DNA of 64,000 bases from an uncultured Verrucomicrobiota bacterium (GTDB taxonomy: Bacteria; Verrucomicrobiota; Verrucomicrobiia; Limisphaerales; UBA8199), in contig CAZZFF010000001.1 of the NCBI GenBank assembly GCA_964653485.1, positions 65,646 through 129,645 on the forward strand, in the 5' to 3' direction. Of the stretch, positions 53,720 through 62,418 are shown in pieces. The position numbers and the translations under genes are program-made. Position 1 is the stretch's first letter. Each line of letters begins with the position of its first letter. A model generated the notes under the pieces. It had not been told where the DNA came from. It saw only the letters and a program-made list of their open reading frames with translations, and did not search any database.

Positions 53720-54796
53720 TCAGGGCCAGCGCAGGCGATAGAAGCGGGCGGGATAATCCTCGTATTGCGGATCGCTGAAATAGGACGAACCGCCGGTGAG
53801 GGTGAGTTGGACGAGCGGAGACCAGTTGGCAAGATCGGCGCTGACCTCCACAACGACAACGAGATCGGAAGCGCCGGTGATGTTGAACCCAAACCGATTG
53901 GCCCGCACGCCGAAGCCCGTGCCGCCGGTCTGTAACCGCGGGTTCCACAACACGGTCGGAAGGCCGCCGAAGGCCGCGCCCCAGCCCGTGGTCCCGGGCA
54001 GGTAATAGACAGTCAAATTGCTGTCACCGTCAAGCGGGCCAAACACTTCGTTGCCAATGGCGGGGGCGTTACCCTCGAAATGGATTTTCGTGAGGCTGCC
54101 GCAGCCCTCGAACGCAAAGTTCCCGATGCGGACGACGCTACCGGGGATCGTCAGGCTCGCCAGGCTGGTGCAATCATCGAACGCATAGGCCCCAATGTTG
54201 GTGAGGCCGTTACCTATGCGGACGCTGGCCAGGCTGGCGCACCCTATGAACGCCATGTCCCCGATGCTGGTAACGCTGTCGGGGATGGTGACGCTAGCCA
54301 GGCTGCGACAGAAGCCAAACGCCGATTGCCCGATGCGGGTGACGCCGTTGCCTATCGTGACGGCGGCCAGGCTCAGGCAGTGATCGAAAGCATTGTCCCC
54401 AATGCTGGTGACGCTATCGGGAACTGTGACACTGGTCAGGCCCCAGCAGGCGTCAAACGCGGAATCCCCGATGCTGGTCACGCTGTCGGGGATCGTGGCG
54501 CTGGTCAGATTGGCGCCTGAGAACGCCAGGTTGCCGATAGTGGTCACCGGCAGGCCATTAATCGCGCTCGGTATCGTCGCCGCCCCTCCAGGACCCGCAT
54601 ATCCGGTGATGGTGATCGCGCCGTCTTCGGCGGTGTAGTTGTATTGGGCCTGCACCGCATGGGGCAGCGTCAAGAGCAGCAGCGTCAAGAGCTTCAGGGG
54701 CCGGATGGACGCGCGCGGCCCCGCCCCGCCGCGCTGGCCGTTTCCCGGCCCTTCAGGTGTCTGCCGTTTCCTGATGGGCGCCATACTACACGCCAT
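53720..54796 (-). CDS. BspA-type LRR surface protein with RFYR C-terminal domain (short paralog)
   Basis: LKLLTLLLLTLPHAVQAQ, then YNYTAEDGAITITGYAG, then about 8 LRR_5 repeats, ending DYPARFYRLRWP*. Confidence 0.85.
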   Translation of the reverse strand: MACSMAPIRKRQTPEGPGNGQRGGAGPRASIRPLKLLTLLLLTLPHAVQAQYNYTAEDGAITITGYAGPGGAATIPSAINGLPVTTIGNLAFSGANLTSATIPDSVTSIGDSAFDACWGLTSVTVPDSVTSIGDNAFDHCLSLAAVTIGNGVTRIGQSAFGFCRSLASVTIPDSVTSIGDMAFIGCASLASVRIGNGLTNIGAYAFDDCTSLASLTIPGSVVRIGNFAFEGCGSLTKIHFEGNAPAIGNEVFGPLDGDSNLTVYYLPGTTGWGAAFGGLPTVLWNPRLQTGGTGFGVRANRFGFNITGASDLVVVVEVSADLANWSPLVQLTLTGGSSYFSDPQYEDYPARFYRLRWP

Positions 54797-54907
54797 CTTG
54801 GGCCGCGGTGGTTGTCATGCCCTAAGCCTAACATCGAGCCCTCAAAACGCAATTCGGGGCTTTGCTGGAAGGCGCCCCAGGGAATCACCGGGAAACCGCC
54901 TCAACCG

Positions 54908-55144
54908 TCATTGCAGTCCCACCGCACTCCAGGCCACGGGTTCGACCCGCACCACTTCATCCCCAAAACCGAGCAACCCCAGAACCTCCAGGCCGGACAG
55001 GGAGTACAGGAACTGGGCCGGTTTGGTCTCGGCAACATCGAGCCACTCTTGCACTGTGAGGGTCTGATTTGCGCCGTCTTTGTTCAGCAACTCGGCGATG
55101 TGGTCAATCGCCAACTTCCTCTGTTTTTGAGTGATCACTTTCAT
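54908..55144 (-). CDS. small hypothetical protein (78 aa)
   Basis: Protein-like ORF MKVITQKQRKLAIDHIAELLNKDG... Confidence 0.5.
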   Translation of the reverse strand: MKVITQKQRKLAIDHIAELLNKDGANQTLTVQEWLDVAETKPAQFLYSLSGLEVLGLLGFGDEVVRVEPVAWSAVGLQ

Positions 55145-55217
55145 AATCTGGCTTCTGGCGATGGATGTAGTCTAACCCGCGGAGGGAGGACTTGTCGAGG
55201 GCAAACTCAGCGGTGCC

Positions 55218-55263
55218 CAGTGGACGAACTACCCGGTTCGGTTCTACCGCCTCCGGATGCCGT
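55218..55263 (+). pseudogene. orphan 3' fragment of an RFYR-domain gene (QWTNYPVRFYRLRMP)
   Basis: About 80% nucleotide identity to 24781-24825 (QWTNYPTRFYRLRWP). No LRR coding sequence lies upstream of it. Confidence 0.55.
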
Positions 55264-55639
55264 CATGTCAAATGCGTCAAGGTGACCATTCGCGTTCAGG
55301 GCGGTTGGGCAATGGCAAAGTCCGTTGAAGCAGGCGATTTTACAAAACCGTAACAACTCGCCCGTTGTGTCTCTCCATGCTCCTGTCCAAATGGACTATG
55401 CGCGATTAACAACAAGCTGCCACCGCGGCCCCAAAGGCCGGAAAAAGGCACGGAAATGAGGAGAGGCGATTTATTTCGCAACTTTTTGGGGATTGGCTTG
55501 TCAAACCCCTCGATACAGTGTGGTGACTCCATGGCCGAATGGCGCCGGGAAGAGGTGTTGTTTGGAAGGCGCACGGGCAAGAGATCGGGCGGCGGTTGAA
55601 GATGCGTCCATAGGCCAGTGCAGTTTAATCGCAAGAGAT

Positions 55640-57301
55640 ATGAGCAACGTCGACCCAGAGGGCCAATCGGTTCGGGCCGCTGCGGAGGTGAACAAAGGTG
55701 TTCCGGGGCGCTCCGGATCGCCGGCTTCAGCCGGCGGCAACGGCCCAGTCGCCACGGAGCCGAACGGCGGTGTTCCGGGGCACGTGCGGGGCTCCCGGCT
55801 GCAGGTTCTGGGGCAGGCGGAGATTCCGGGGGAGGTGATGCGGGCGTTGCCGGCTGAGTTTGTCAAGCAGCACCGGCTTCTGCCGTTGCGGCTGGAGGAT
55901 GGCGTCATCGAGATAGCCACGGCGGCCCCGGGCGACCGGCAGGTCATTGAAGACATACGGCTGCTGACGGGGTTGGAAGTGCGGGAGAGGGAGGTCCCGG
56001 AGGAGGAGATTCTGGAGAAGTTGGCCGAATGCTACCAGATGACGGCCGAGAAGATGATCGAGAATCTCAACCCCGAGGGGGGCGCGACCGTCGAGAGCAA
56101 GAACCTGCACGACATCGAGGTGATGGCGAACGAGCCGACCGTCATCAACCTGGTCAACCTGATTATTTCCGAGGCCCTGCATGACCGGGCGAGCGACATC
56201 CACCTCGTGCCGTTCGAGGAGGCGGTGCAGTTGCGCTACCGGGTGGATGGGTTATTGCAGGAGAAAACCCCGCCTTCCAAGCAGCTTCACGCGGCGTTGA
56301 TTTCGCGCATCAAGATCATGGCGGACATGAACATCGCCGAACGCTACCTGCCCCAGGACGGCCATATCCAGATCAACCACCGCGGCAGGCGTGTGGACAT
56401 CCGGGTCGGCACGTTGCCGACGATCTACGGCGAGGCGATGGTGCTGCGGCTGCTGGAGAAGGGCGTGAAGTTCTTGACCGCCAAGGAGCTTGGGCTGGAT
56501 GACGAGCGCAGCGCGCTGCTCTTCAAGCTCGTCCAGAAGCCGCACGGCCTTTTCCTGGCCACAGGCCCGACCGGCAGCGGCAAGACCACGACGCTCTATT
56601 CGGTCCTCAAGAGCGTTTACACGCCTGAGAAGAAGATTGTGACGATCGAGGACCCGGTCGAGTACGAGCTGCAGGGCGTGGCGCAAATTCCGGTGCGCCC
56701 GAGCCGGAACTTCACGTTCGCCAACGGGTTGCGTTCGATTCTGCGCCAGGACCCCGACATGATCATGGTGGGCGAGATCAGGGATTCGGAAACGGCGGAG
56801 ATAGCGATTCGCGCGGCCCTGACGGGGCACCAGGTGTTCAGCACGCTCCATACAAACGACTCGACCGGAGCCGTGACGCGCCTGCTGGACATGGGAGTGG
56901 AGGCATTTTTGATCGCCTCTTCGCTGGAGGGCGTGCTGGCCCAGCGCCTCGTCAGGCGTATATGCAGCCAGTGCAAAACCCCCACACCCGTCGAGCCGGC
57001 CGTCCTCGATCGGTTGGGATCGCTGGGGGTCAACCGCATTGACGGGACGTTCTATACAGGGGCCGGCTGTGAGGAATGCGGCGGCACCGGCTACCGGGGA
57101 CGGATTGGGATTTTCGAGCTGCTGGCCATCGATAACGAGATGAAGGAACTGATTCTCCAGAAGCGGTCGAACGCCGAACTGAAGGCGGCCGCCCAGCGGA
57201 GCATGCTCACGATGCACCAGGATGCCATCCGCAAAGCCGTCGCCGGGGTCACTTCGCTAGGGGAGATTCTGAGGGTCTCCTCGGGAGACTTGCTGGAATG
57301 A
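55640..57301 (+). CDS. gspE: type II secretion / type IV pilus assembly ATPase (GspE/PilB family)
   Basis: Walker A GPTGSGKTTT, GEIRD, His box, tetra-Cys CSQC...CEEC. Start taken at MSNVDPEG. Confidence 0.92.
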   Translation: MSNVDPEGQSVRAAAEVNKGVPGRSGSPASAGGNGPVATEPNGGVPGHVRGSRLQVLGQAEIPGEVMRALPAEFVKQHRLLPLRLEDGVIEIATAAPGDRQVIEDIRLLTGLEVREREVPEEEILEKLAECYQMTAEKMIENLNPEGGATVESKNLHDIEVMANEPTVINLVNLIISEALHDRASDIHLVPFEEAVQLRYRVDGLLQEKTPPSKQLHAALISRIKIMADMNIAERYLPQDGHIQINHRGRRVDIRVGTLPTIYGEAMVLRLLEKGVKFLTAKELGLDDERSALLFKLVQKPHGLFLATGPTGSGKTTTLYSVLKSVYTPEKKIVTIEDPVEYELQGVAQIPVRPSRNFTFANGLRSILRQDPDMIMVGEIRDSETAEIAIRAALTGHQVFSTLHTNDSTGAVTRLLDMGVEAFLIASSLEGVLAQRLVRRICSQCKTPTPVEPAVLDRLGSLGVNRIDGTFYTGAGCEECGGTGYRGRIGIFELLAIDNEMKELILQKRSNAELKAAAQRSMLTMHQDAIRKAVAGVTSLGEILRVSSGDLLE

Positions 57302-58542
57302 GCGCGTTCCGGTACCAGGCTATCCAAGCCACTGGCGCCCCCATCGAAGGGGTGATCGAAGCCGGGGACCGCAAGGCGGCGCTGCAGCTCCTGGGCAAGC
57401 AAGGGCTTTTCCCGTCGCGCCTGGAGGTTGAGCGGGGAGACGGCCCGGCCGTGGCTGAGGGGTTGCCGCTTGTGGCGGGGCCAGGCCTCGGCCGGGCGGC
57501 CAGCGGGCGGGTCAAGCGGAAGGAGATTACCGCCTTCACGCGGGAGATGAGCGCCTTGCTTGGGGCCTCGATCCCGATTCCGCAGGCGCTCAGCGGGTTG
57601 GGCGAGGAGGAAGAGAACCCGGCGCTAAAGCAGCTCATTTTGAAGCTGGCCGATTCGGTGCGGCGGGGGTCGTCATTTTCCGCCGCTTTGGACGAGCATC
57701 CACGCTGCTTCAGCAAGCTCTACGTGAACATGGCGCGGGTGGGGGAAGAAGCGGGGGCGTTGCCCAAGGTGATGCAGGACCTGGCGGACCTCCTGGAGCA
57801 TGAGGACGAGGTGCGCGGCGAGGTGGTCGCAGCGGTGGCTTACCCGGTATTTGTGCTGGGTTTTGGGGTTTTTACAGTCACCGTCCTGCTGACCGTGGTT
57901 TTGCCGCGGCTTTTCAGCATGCTCCAGGAGATGCTCCAGATTCTGCCGTTGCCGACGGTCATTCTGTTGAACGTCAGCGGGGTGCTCCACCGGAACTGGC
58001 CTTGGATGCTGATTGGCTTGGCCGGGGCCATCGGGGGGCTGCGCTGGTATGTGCATTCGCCGGCGGGGGCCGAGGCCTGGGACAGGCTCAAACTTCACCT
58101 GCCGCTGCTGGGGCCGGTGTTCCGGGCGGCGGCCCTGAGCCGCTTCGCCCGCACGCTCGGCACCCTGGCCCGCAGCGGCGTGTCCCTGCTGCCCGCGCTC
58201 AAGATCGTGGAGAACACGATTGGCAACCGTGTCCTCGCGCGGCAGATAGCCCAGGTGGCCGAGGAGACGCGCGGGGGAGATTCGCTGGCCACGCCGTTGC
58301 GCAAGCTGGGTCTTTTCCCAAAAACGGCCGTCCAGATGGTCGACGTCGGCGAGGAGAGCGGCAAGCTCGATGAGATGCTGCTGCGGGTGGCGGAGATAGA
58401 GGAGCGCCAGATGCGGGCGCGGACCAAGACGTTGATAGCGCTGCTGGCGCCCGCCTTGATCCTGGTCGTTGGGGCGCTGGTGGGATTCATGGTGCTGGCC
58501 TTGCTGCTGCCCATCTTCAAAATGAGCCGGGCCATTCACTGA
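57298..58542 (+). CDS. gspF: type II secretion / type IV pilus platform protein (GspF/PilC family)
   Basis: Two T2SSF repeats (FTREMSALLGASIPI...; FARTLGTLARSGVSLL...), three TM regions, ATGA overlap with gspE. Confidence 0.92.
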   Translation: MSAFRYQAIQATGAPIEGVIEAGDRKAALQLLGKQGLFPSRLEVERGDGPAVAEGLPLVAGPGLGRAASGRVKRKEITAFTREMSALLGASIPIPQALSGLGEEEENPALKQLILKLADSVRRGSSFSAALDEHPRCFSKLYVNMARVGEEAGALPKVMQDLADLLEHEDEVRGEVVAAVAYPVFVLGFGVFTVTVLLTVVLPRLFSMLQEMLQILPLPTVILLNVSGVLHRNWPWMLIGLAGAIGGLRWYVHSPAGAEAWDRLKLHLPLLGPVFRAAALSRFARTLGTLARSGVSLLPALKIVENTIGNRVLARQIAQVAEETRGGDSLATPLRKLGLFPKTAVQMVDVGEESGKLDEMLLRVAEIEERQMRARTKTLIALLAPALILVVGALVGFMVLALLLPIFKMSRAIH

Positions 58543-58564
58543 CGAGCAAGAGAAGGAAGATGAC

Positions 58565-59167
58565 ATGAACACACGCACATTGACACCGCAGTTCAAAGGC
58601 ACGGAGAACCCAGTCTCGAGTGTCGAGCGTCGAGGAAACGGAGTGCCGCCCTTCGACCTTGGTCCCTCGACCTTCGGATTTCGGATTTCGGATTTCGGAT
58701 ATCCGATTTGTTCCCCCCGCCGTCGGGTTGCTCCCGGCACCGGGACTCAGCGCCGGCTCGCCGCCTTCACGCTCATCGAGATCATGGTCGTGGTAGTGAT
58801 TCTGGGCATCCTGGCCGCGACGCTGATCCCGCAGTTCATCGGCACGACCCATGATGCAAAGGTCAGCGCGGCCAAGGCCCATGTGGCCGAGCTGGAATCC
58901 GCCCTGGAGCGGTTCTATATCCACATGGACCGGTACCCCACGATGGACGAAGGACTGAAGGTGCTGGTGGAACCGCCCATGGGTGACGACAAGAAATGGC
59001 GCGGTCCGTATATCCGCGAGCTGCGCCACGACCCTTGGGGCAACCCCTACCAGTACCGCATCCCCGGAGTTCGTCACCCGGCCAGTTTCGACCTCTGGTC
59101 CCGGGGCGCCGACGGCGTGGACGGCGGGGAAGGACAAGGGGCGGACATCGGGAATTGGGGCGAATGA
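58565..59167 (+). CDS. gspG: major pseudopilin (GspG family) with an unusually long (~67 aa) leader
   Basis: AAFTLIEIMVVVVILGILAATLIPQF...WRGPYI...DPWGNPYQY...DLWSRGADG. AAGGAAG lies 5 nt upstream of ATG 58565. There is no in-frame ATG/GTG/TTG between 58643 and the FTLIE motif. Confidence 0.8.
   Translation: MNTRTLTPQFKGTENPVSSVERRGNGVPPFDLGPSTFGFRISDFGYPICSPRRRVAPGTGTQRRLAAFTLIEIMVVVVILGILAATLIPQFIGTTHDAKVSAAKAHVAELESALERFYIHMDRYPTMDEGLKVLVEPPMGDDKKWRGPYIRELRHDPWGNPYQYRIPGVRHPASFDLWSRGADGVDGGEGQGADIGNWGE
58674..58706 (+). repeat. heptanucleotide tandem repeat (TCGGATT)x3 plus a partial unit, ending in palindrome TCGGATATCCGA
   Basis: Read directly: tcggatt tcggatt tcggatt tcggata tccga. 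It lies inside the gspG leader reading frame (FGFRISDFGYP). Confidence 0.85.
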
Positions 59168-59763
59168 ACGTTTCACGCCATCCAGCGGCAGCAATCCGAA
59201 GGCCCGGCTTTTCGGGCCTTCGCTCGGGATTCACGCTGCTCGAATTGATGGTGGTGATTGCGCTGGTTGGGATTTTGAGCGCGATGATTATTCCTGAGAT
59301 GAAGGGCACTTACGGGGATGCGCTGTTGCGCTCGACCAGCCGGGACCTGGTGAGTGTGTTCAGCCTGGCGTCCAGCCGCGCGATCAGCCTCGGCCAGACG
59401 CACCGCGTGCGGCTGGAGCCGGACGCCGGCCGCTATCTTGTCGAGAGGCGCCTTCGCCAGGGCGGCAGGCGGAGCGAGTTCGTTCCCGCCAAGGGGATGC
59501 TGGGCGGGGAGGGCACATTGGATCGCCGGGTGGCCGTTGAGGTCCGAAAGGCGGCAGACCCGGCGGCGGAGCCGTGGGGTTCAGGGGCGGAGGCGGGGAC
59601 CGGCGGTTCCGACACCGAACGGAGCCTGGATGTCGAGTTCTACCCGGATGGCACAGCCGAGGCAGCCCAAGTGCTCTTGCGCGACCGGGACGGGTTCCGC
59701 CTCGGTCTGCGGATAAGTCCGGTGACGGCCCGCGTGAAGATCGTCGAGTTGGGGCGCGAATGA
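59164..59763 (+). CDS. minor pseudopilin (GspH-like)
   Basis: Prepilin motif RSGFTLLELMVVIALVGIL. ATGA overlap with gspG. Confidence 0.7.
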   Translation: MNVSRHPAAAIRRPGFSGLRSGFTLLELMVVIALVGILSAMIIPEMKGTYGDALLRSTSRDLVSVFSLASSRAISLGQTHRVRLEPDAGRYLVERRLRQGGRRSEFVPAKGMLGGEGTLDRRVAVEVRKAADPAAEPWGSGAEAGTGGSDTERSLDVEFYPDGTAEAAQVLLRDRDGFRLGLRISPVTARVKIVELGRE

Positions 59764-60242
59764 GAACTTCACGGTTTTGTCCCGGAGGGACGTACAACGG
59801 ACGGGTCGCTCGGATGCGCGCGGGCTTTTCCCTTGTGGAGGTGCTGTGCGCCATCCTGATCCTGGGAGTGGCCTTGGCGGGGCTGACGCAGGGGCTTACC
59901 ACCGCGCTCAGCGCACACAAGGAATCCGAGTTGCAAAGCGCCGCGGCCTTGATTGCGGCCGGCCAAATCGAGACCCTGCGCGCCGAAGGCGGGCTCCTTG
60001 ACGGGAACGAGACGGAAGGAGATTGCGGGGGGGGCCTCTCGCTCTACCACTGGAGGCTGGCGATCAATGCCGCCGGTCTTGACGGACTGCACGACGTCAC
60101 GGTGACAATCGAGCACGCGAAGACCAAGAAGGCCATTTACGAGCTGGAGACCTTGCTCTTCGAGGCGCCCGACTCGCTCACCACGGAGGAACCGGGGGAC
60201 AAGAAGTCGCCCGCATCGCGCAGGAAGAGAGGCCGCGAATGA
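59760..60242 (+). CDS. minor pseudopilin (GspI-like)
   Basis: RAGFSLVEVLCAILILGVAL. ATGA overlap with the upstream gene. Confidence 0.7.
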   Translation: MRTSRFCPGGTYNGRVARMRAGFSLVEVLCAILILGVALAGLTQGLTTALSAHKESELQSAAALIAAGQIETLRAEGGLLDGNETEGDCGGGLSLYHWRLAINAAGLDGLHDVTVTIEHAKTKKAIYELETLLFEAPDSLTTEEPGDKKSPASRRKRGRE

Positions 60243-61036
60243 AGGGCAAGCCGGCCTTCACCCTGGTTGAGTTGGTCATCAGCTCCTCGCTGATGTCGCT
60301 CATCCTTGTCAGCGCCTATCTGTGCCTGCACGGCGCGATTTCAACCCAGAGATTGATCGAGCCTCGGGTCGAGGTCATTCAAACCGGGCGAGTGGTCCTG
60401 GCCCAAATGAGCGCCGATCTCCGCTGCGCCTGCCCGTTATCCAACGACTCCATGTTTCTGGGCGTGCATCGCATGTCGGGCGACATCGAGGCGGACAGCG
60501 TGGATTTCGCGACGCACAATCACACTCCGCGCCGTTCCCGCGAAGGGGACTTTTGCGCCGTGAGCTTTTTTCTCGATAAGGACCCGCAGACCGGCAAGCT
60601 CAGCCTGTGGCGGCGGCGTAATCCGACCATAGCGCCCAACCCGCTGGCAGGCGGAATCCGCGAAGAGTTGGCCGACGGGGTTATGGGCTTGAGGCTTGAG
60701 TACTACGACGGCTATGAATGGTATGAAAGCTGGGGGGACGTCGAGGGTCGCGGCAAGGTCCAGGACTCCTTGCGCTATCACGGCAACATCGAGGGGCTGC
60801 CCGATGCCGTGCGAATCACGCTATGGCTGGACCCGAATTCCAAGCCCATCATTGGCGGCCAGGCCGGGACGGGGACCAGCACAAACGAGCCGCCGCTGGT
60901 GTTCCAAACCGTCGCGCGGGTCAACCTGGCCGCGGCCGTGCAAGCGGGCCTCTCAAGCAGCGCCTCGGGCGACGGGGATTCCGCCGCCGGGAATCCAAGC
61001 GCCCCTTCGGGGCCGACACCCGGAGGCAACCAATGA
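60239..61036 (+). CDS. minor pseudopilin (GspJ-like)
   Basis: KPAFTLVELVISSSLMSLIL. ATGA overlap with the upstream gene. Confidence 0.7.
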   Translation: MKGKPAFTLVELVISSSLMSLILVSAYLCLHGAISTQRLIEPRVEVIQTGRVVLAQMSADLRCACPLSNDSMFLGVHRMSGDIEADSVDFATHNHTPRRSREGDFCAVSFFLDKDPQTGKLSLWRRRNPTIAPNPLAGGIREELADGVMGLRLEYYDGYEWYESWGDVEGRGKVQDSLRYHGNIEGLPDAVRITLWLDPNSKPIIGGQAGTGTSTNEPPLVFQTVARVNLAAAVQAGLSSSASGDGDSAAGNPSAPSGPTPGGNQ

Positions 61037-62418
61037 GGCTACGCGGGAGCATGGAGCGCGGGAGCGGCTCGATCCTGGTCGGCCTGCTCTGGTGCCTGGC
61101 GCTGCTGTCGCTGGTGGTCATCAGTGTCTTGCACACGACAACGATGGATTTGGTGGTGGTCAAGGACTACGGCGACAAGGTCCAGGCGCGCTACCTGGCT
61201 GTCGCGGGCATCGAGAAGGCCAAGGCATTGCTCTACCGGGATGCCCGGCAGCGAAGCCGCAGCAGCATCAATCACAACGGCGCCCTCTATGACGCGCCCG
61301 ACCAGTTGCGGGACGTTCACTTTGGCCGCGGCCAGTTCCGGGTGTTCCGACGCGGGCGGGCGGACGAAGGCGGCGCGATCATTTACGGGGTCAGCGACGA
61401 AGAGAGCCGGCTCAACGTTAATAATGCCTCCAGCGAGGAACTCTCCAAGCTCTACGGCATCACGCCGGACATCACCGCGGCCATCGTGGATTGGCGCAGC
61501 GCCGAGACCGCGGACCCGACCCCGGGCGGGGCCAGGGCCGATTATTATCTCTCGCTCCGTCCGCCCTACTTGCCACGGAACGGCCCGCTGCAGACGGTCC
61601 GCGAGTTGCTCATGGTCCGGGGCGTGACTCCGGAGTTGCTGCTGGGCCGGGATGTCCATGCGAACGGGCTAACCGAGGAACTCGATGAGGGCGGAAGCGA
61701 TACGGTGCTCGACGATGCCACGGACACCGGCTGGGCGGGGTTGCTGACGGTCAATTCCTCCGTCAACGACCTCAACGCCGCGGGGTATGACCGGGTCAAC
61801 ATCCAGAGCGCCGACGAGGCGGCGCTGACGGGGGTGAACGGCATTACGTCGGATATTGCCAAGGCGATCATTGCCTGGCGCGGGCGGAATCGTTTTGAGA
61901 GCATCGCCGACCTGCTGGACGTAGTAGCGGCCCAGAACGCCAATGCCGCCCAGGGGCAGGGCAACGCGACCCAGGGCGCGCCCGCGGGACCGGGAAACCC
62001 GCAGGCCGGGAATCCCTCCGGACCGAGGGTCATTAGCGATAGTCTGTTGATGGACATTGCGGACGACTTGACGGCGCAAACGGGAGCGGATCGCACGGGC
62101 GTCGTCAACATCAACACGGCAAGTTTGGAAGTGCTCCTCTGTCTGCCGGGCATCAGCCGCGAGCTGGCCCAGGCGATTATTTCCTTTCGCCAGTCCAACG
62201 GGTTCTTCGCGAATATCGCCGGGCTGTTGAAGGTGCCGGGGATGACCCCGGACCTCTTCAAACAGGTCTGTCCGCGGGTGACCGCCCGCTCGGAGACCTT
62301 CCGCATCTTGAGTGAAGGCAAGGTTACTTCCACGGGCGCCCGCCAGCGAATCCAGGAGATTGTGCATGTCGGGCTGCGCTCTGTCACCACTGTTTCCTAC
62401 CGGGAGGACGATCTATGA
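61033..62418 (+). CDS. gspK: GspK-like minor pseudopilin with helix-hairpin-helix modules
   Basis: SILVGLLWCLALLSLVV; RLNVNNASSEELSKLYGITPDITAAIVDWR; VVNINTASLEVLLCLPGISRELAQAIISFR. Confidence 0.8.
   Translation: MRLRGSMERGSGSILVGLLWCLALLSLVVISVLHTTTMDLVVVKDYGDKVQARYLAVAGIEKAKALLYRDARQRSRSSINHNGALYDAPDQLRDVHFGRGQFRVFRRGRADEGGAIIYGVSDEESRLNVNNASSEELSKLYGITPDITAAIVDWRSAETADPTPGGARADYYLSLRPPYLPRNGPLQTVRELLMVRGVTPELLLGRDVHANGLTEELDEGGSDTVLDDATDTGWAGLLTVNSSVNDLNAAGYDRVNIQSADEAALTGVNGITSDIAKAIIAWRGRNRFESIADLLDVVAAQNANAAQGQGNATQGAPAGPGNPQAGNPSGPRVISDSLLMDIADDLTAQTGADRTGVVNINTASLEVLLCLPGISRELAQAIISFRQSNGFFANIAGLLKVPGMTPDLFKQVCPRVTARSETFRILSEGKVTSTGARQRIQEIVHVGLRSVTTVSYREDDL

Noticed and set aside
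55501-55514. Possible degenerate attR (TCAAACCCCTCGAT) resembling the tRNA-Val T-arm/acceptor segment TCAAACCCTCTAT
   Set aside because: Only an 8-nt exact core matches. With about 20 possible 8-mers from the tRNA 3' half and about 2 kb searched, a chance match is likely. It needs a proper alignment.
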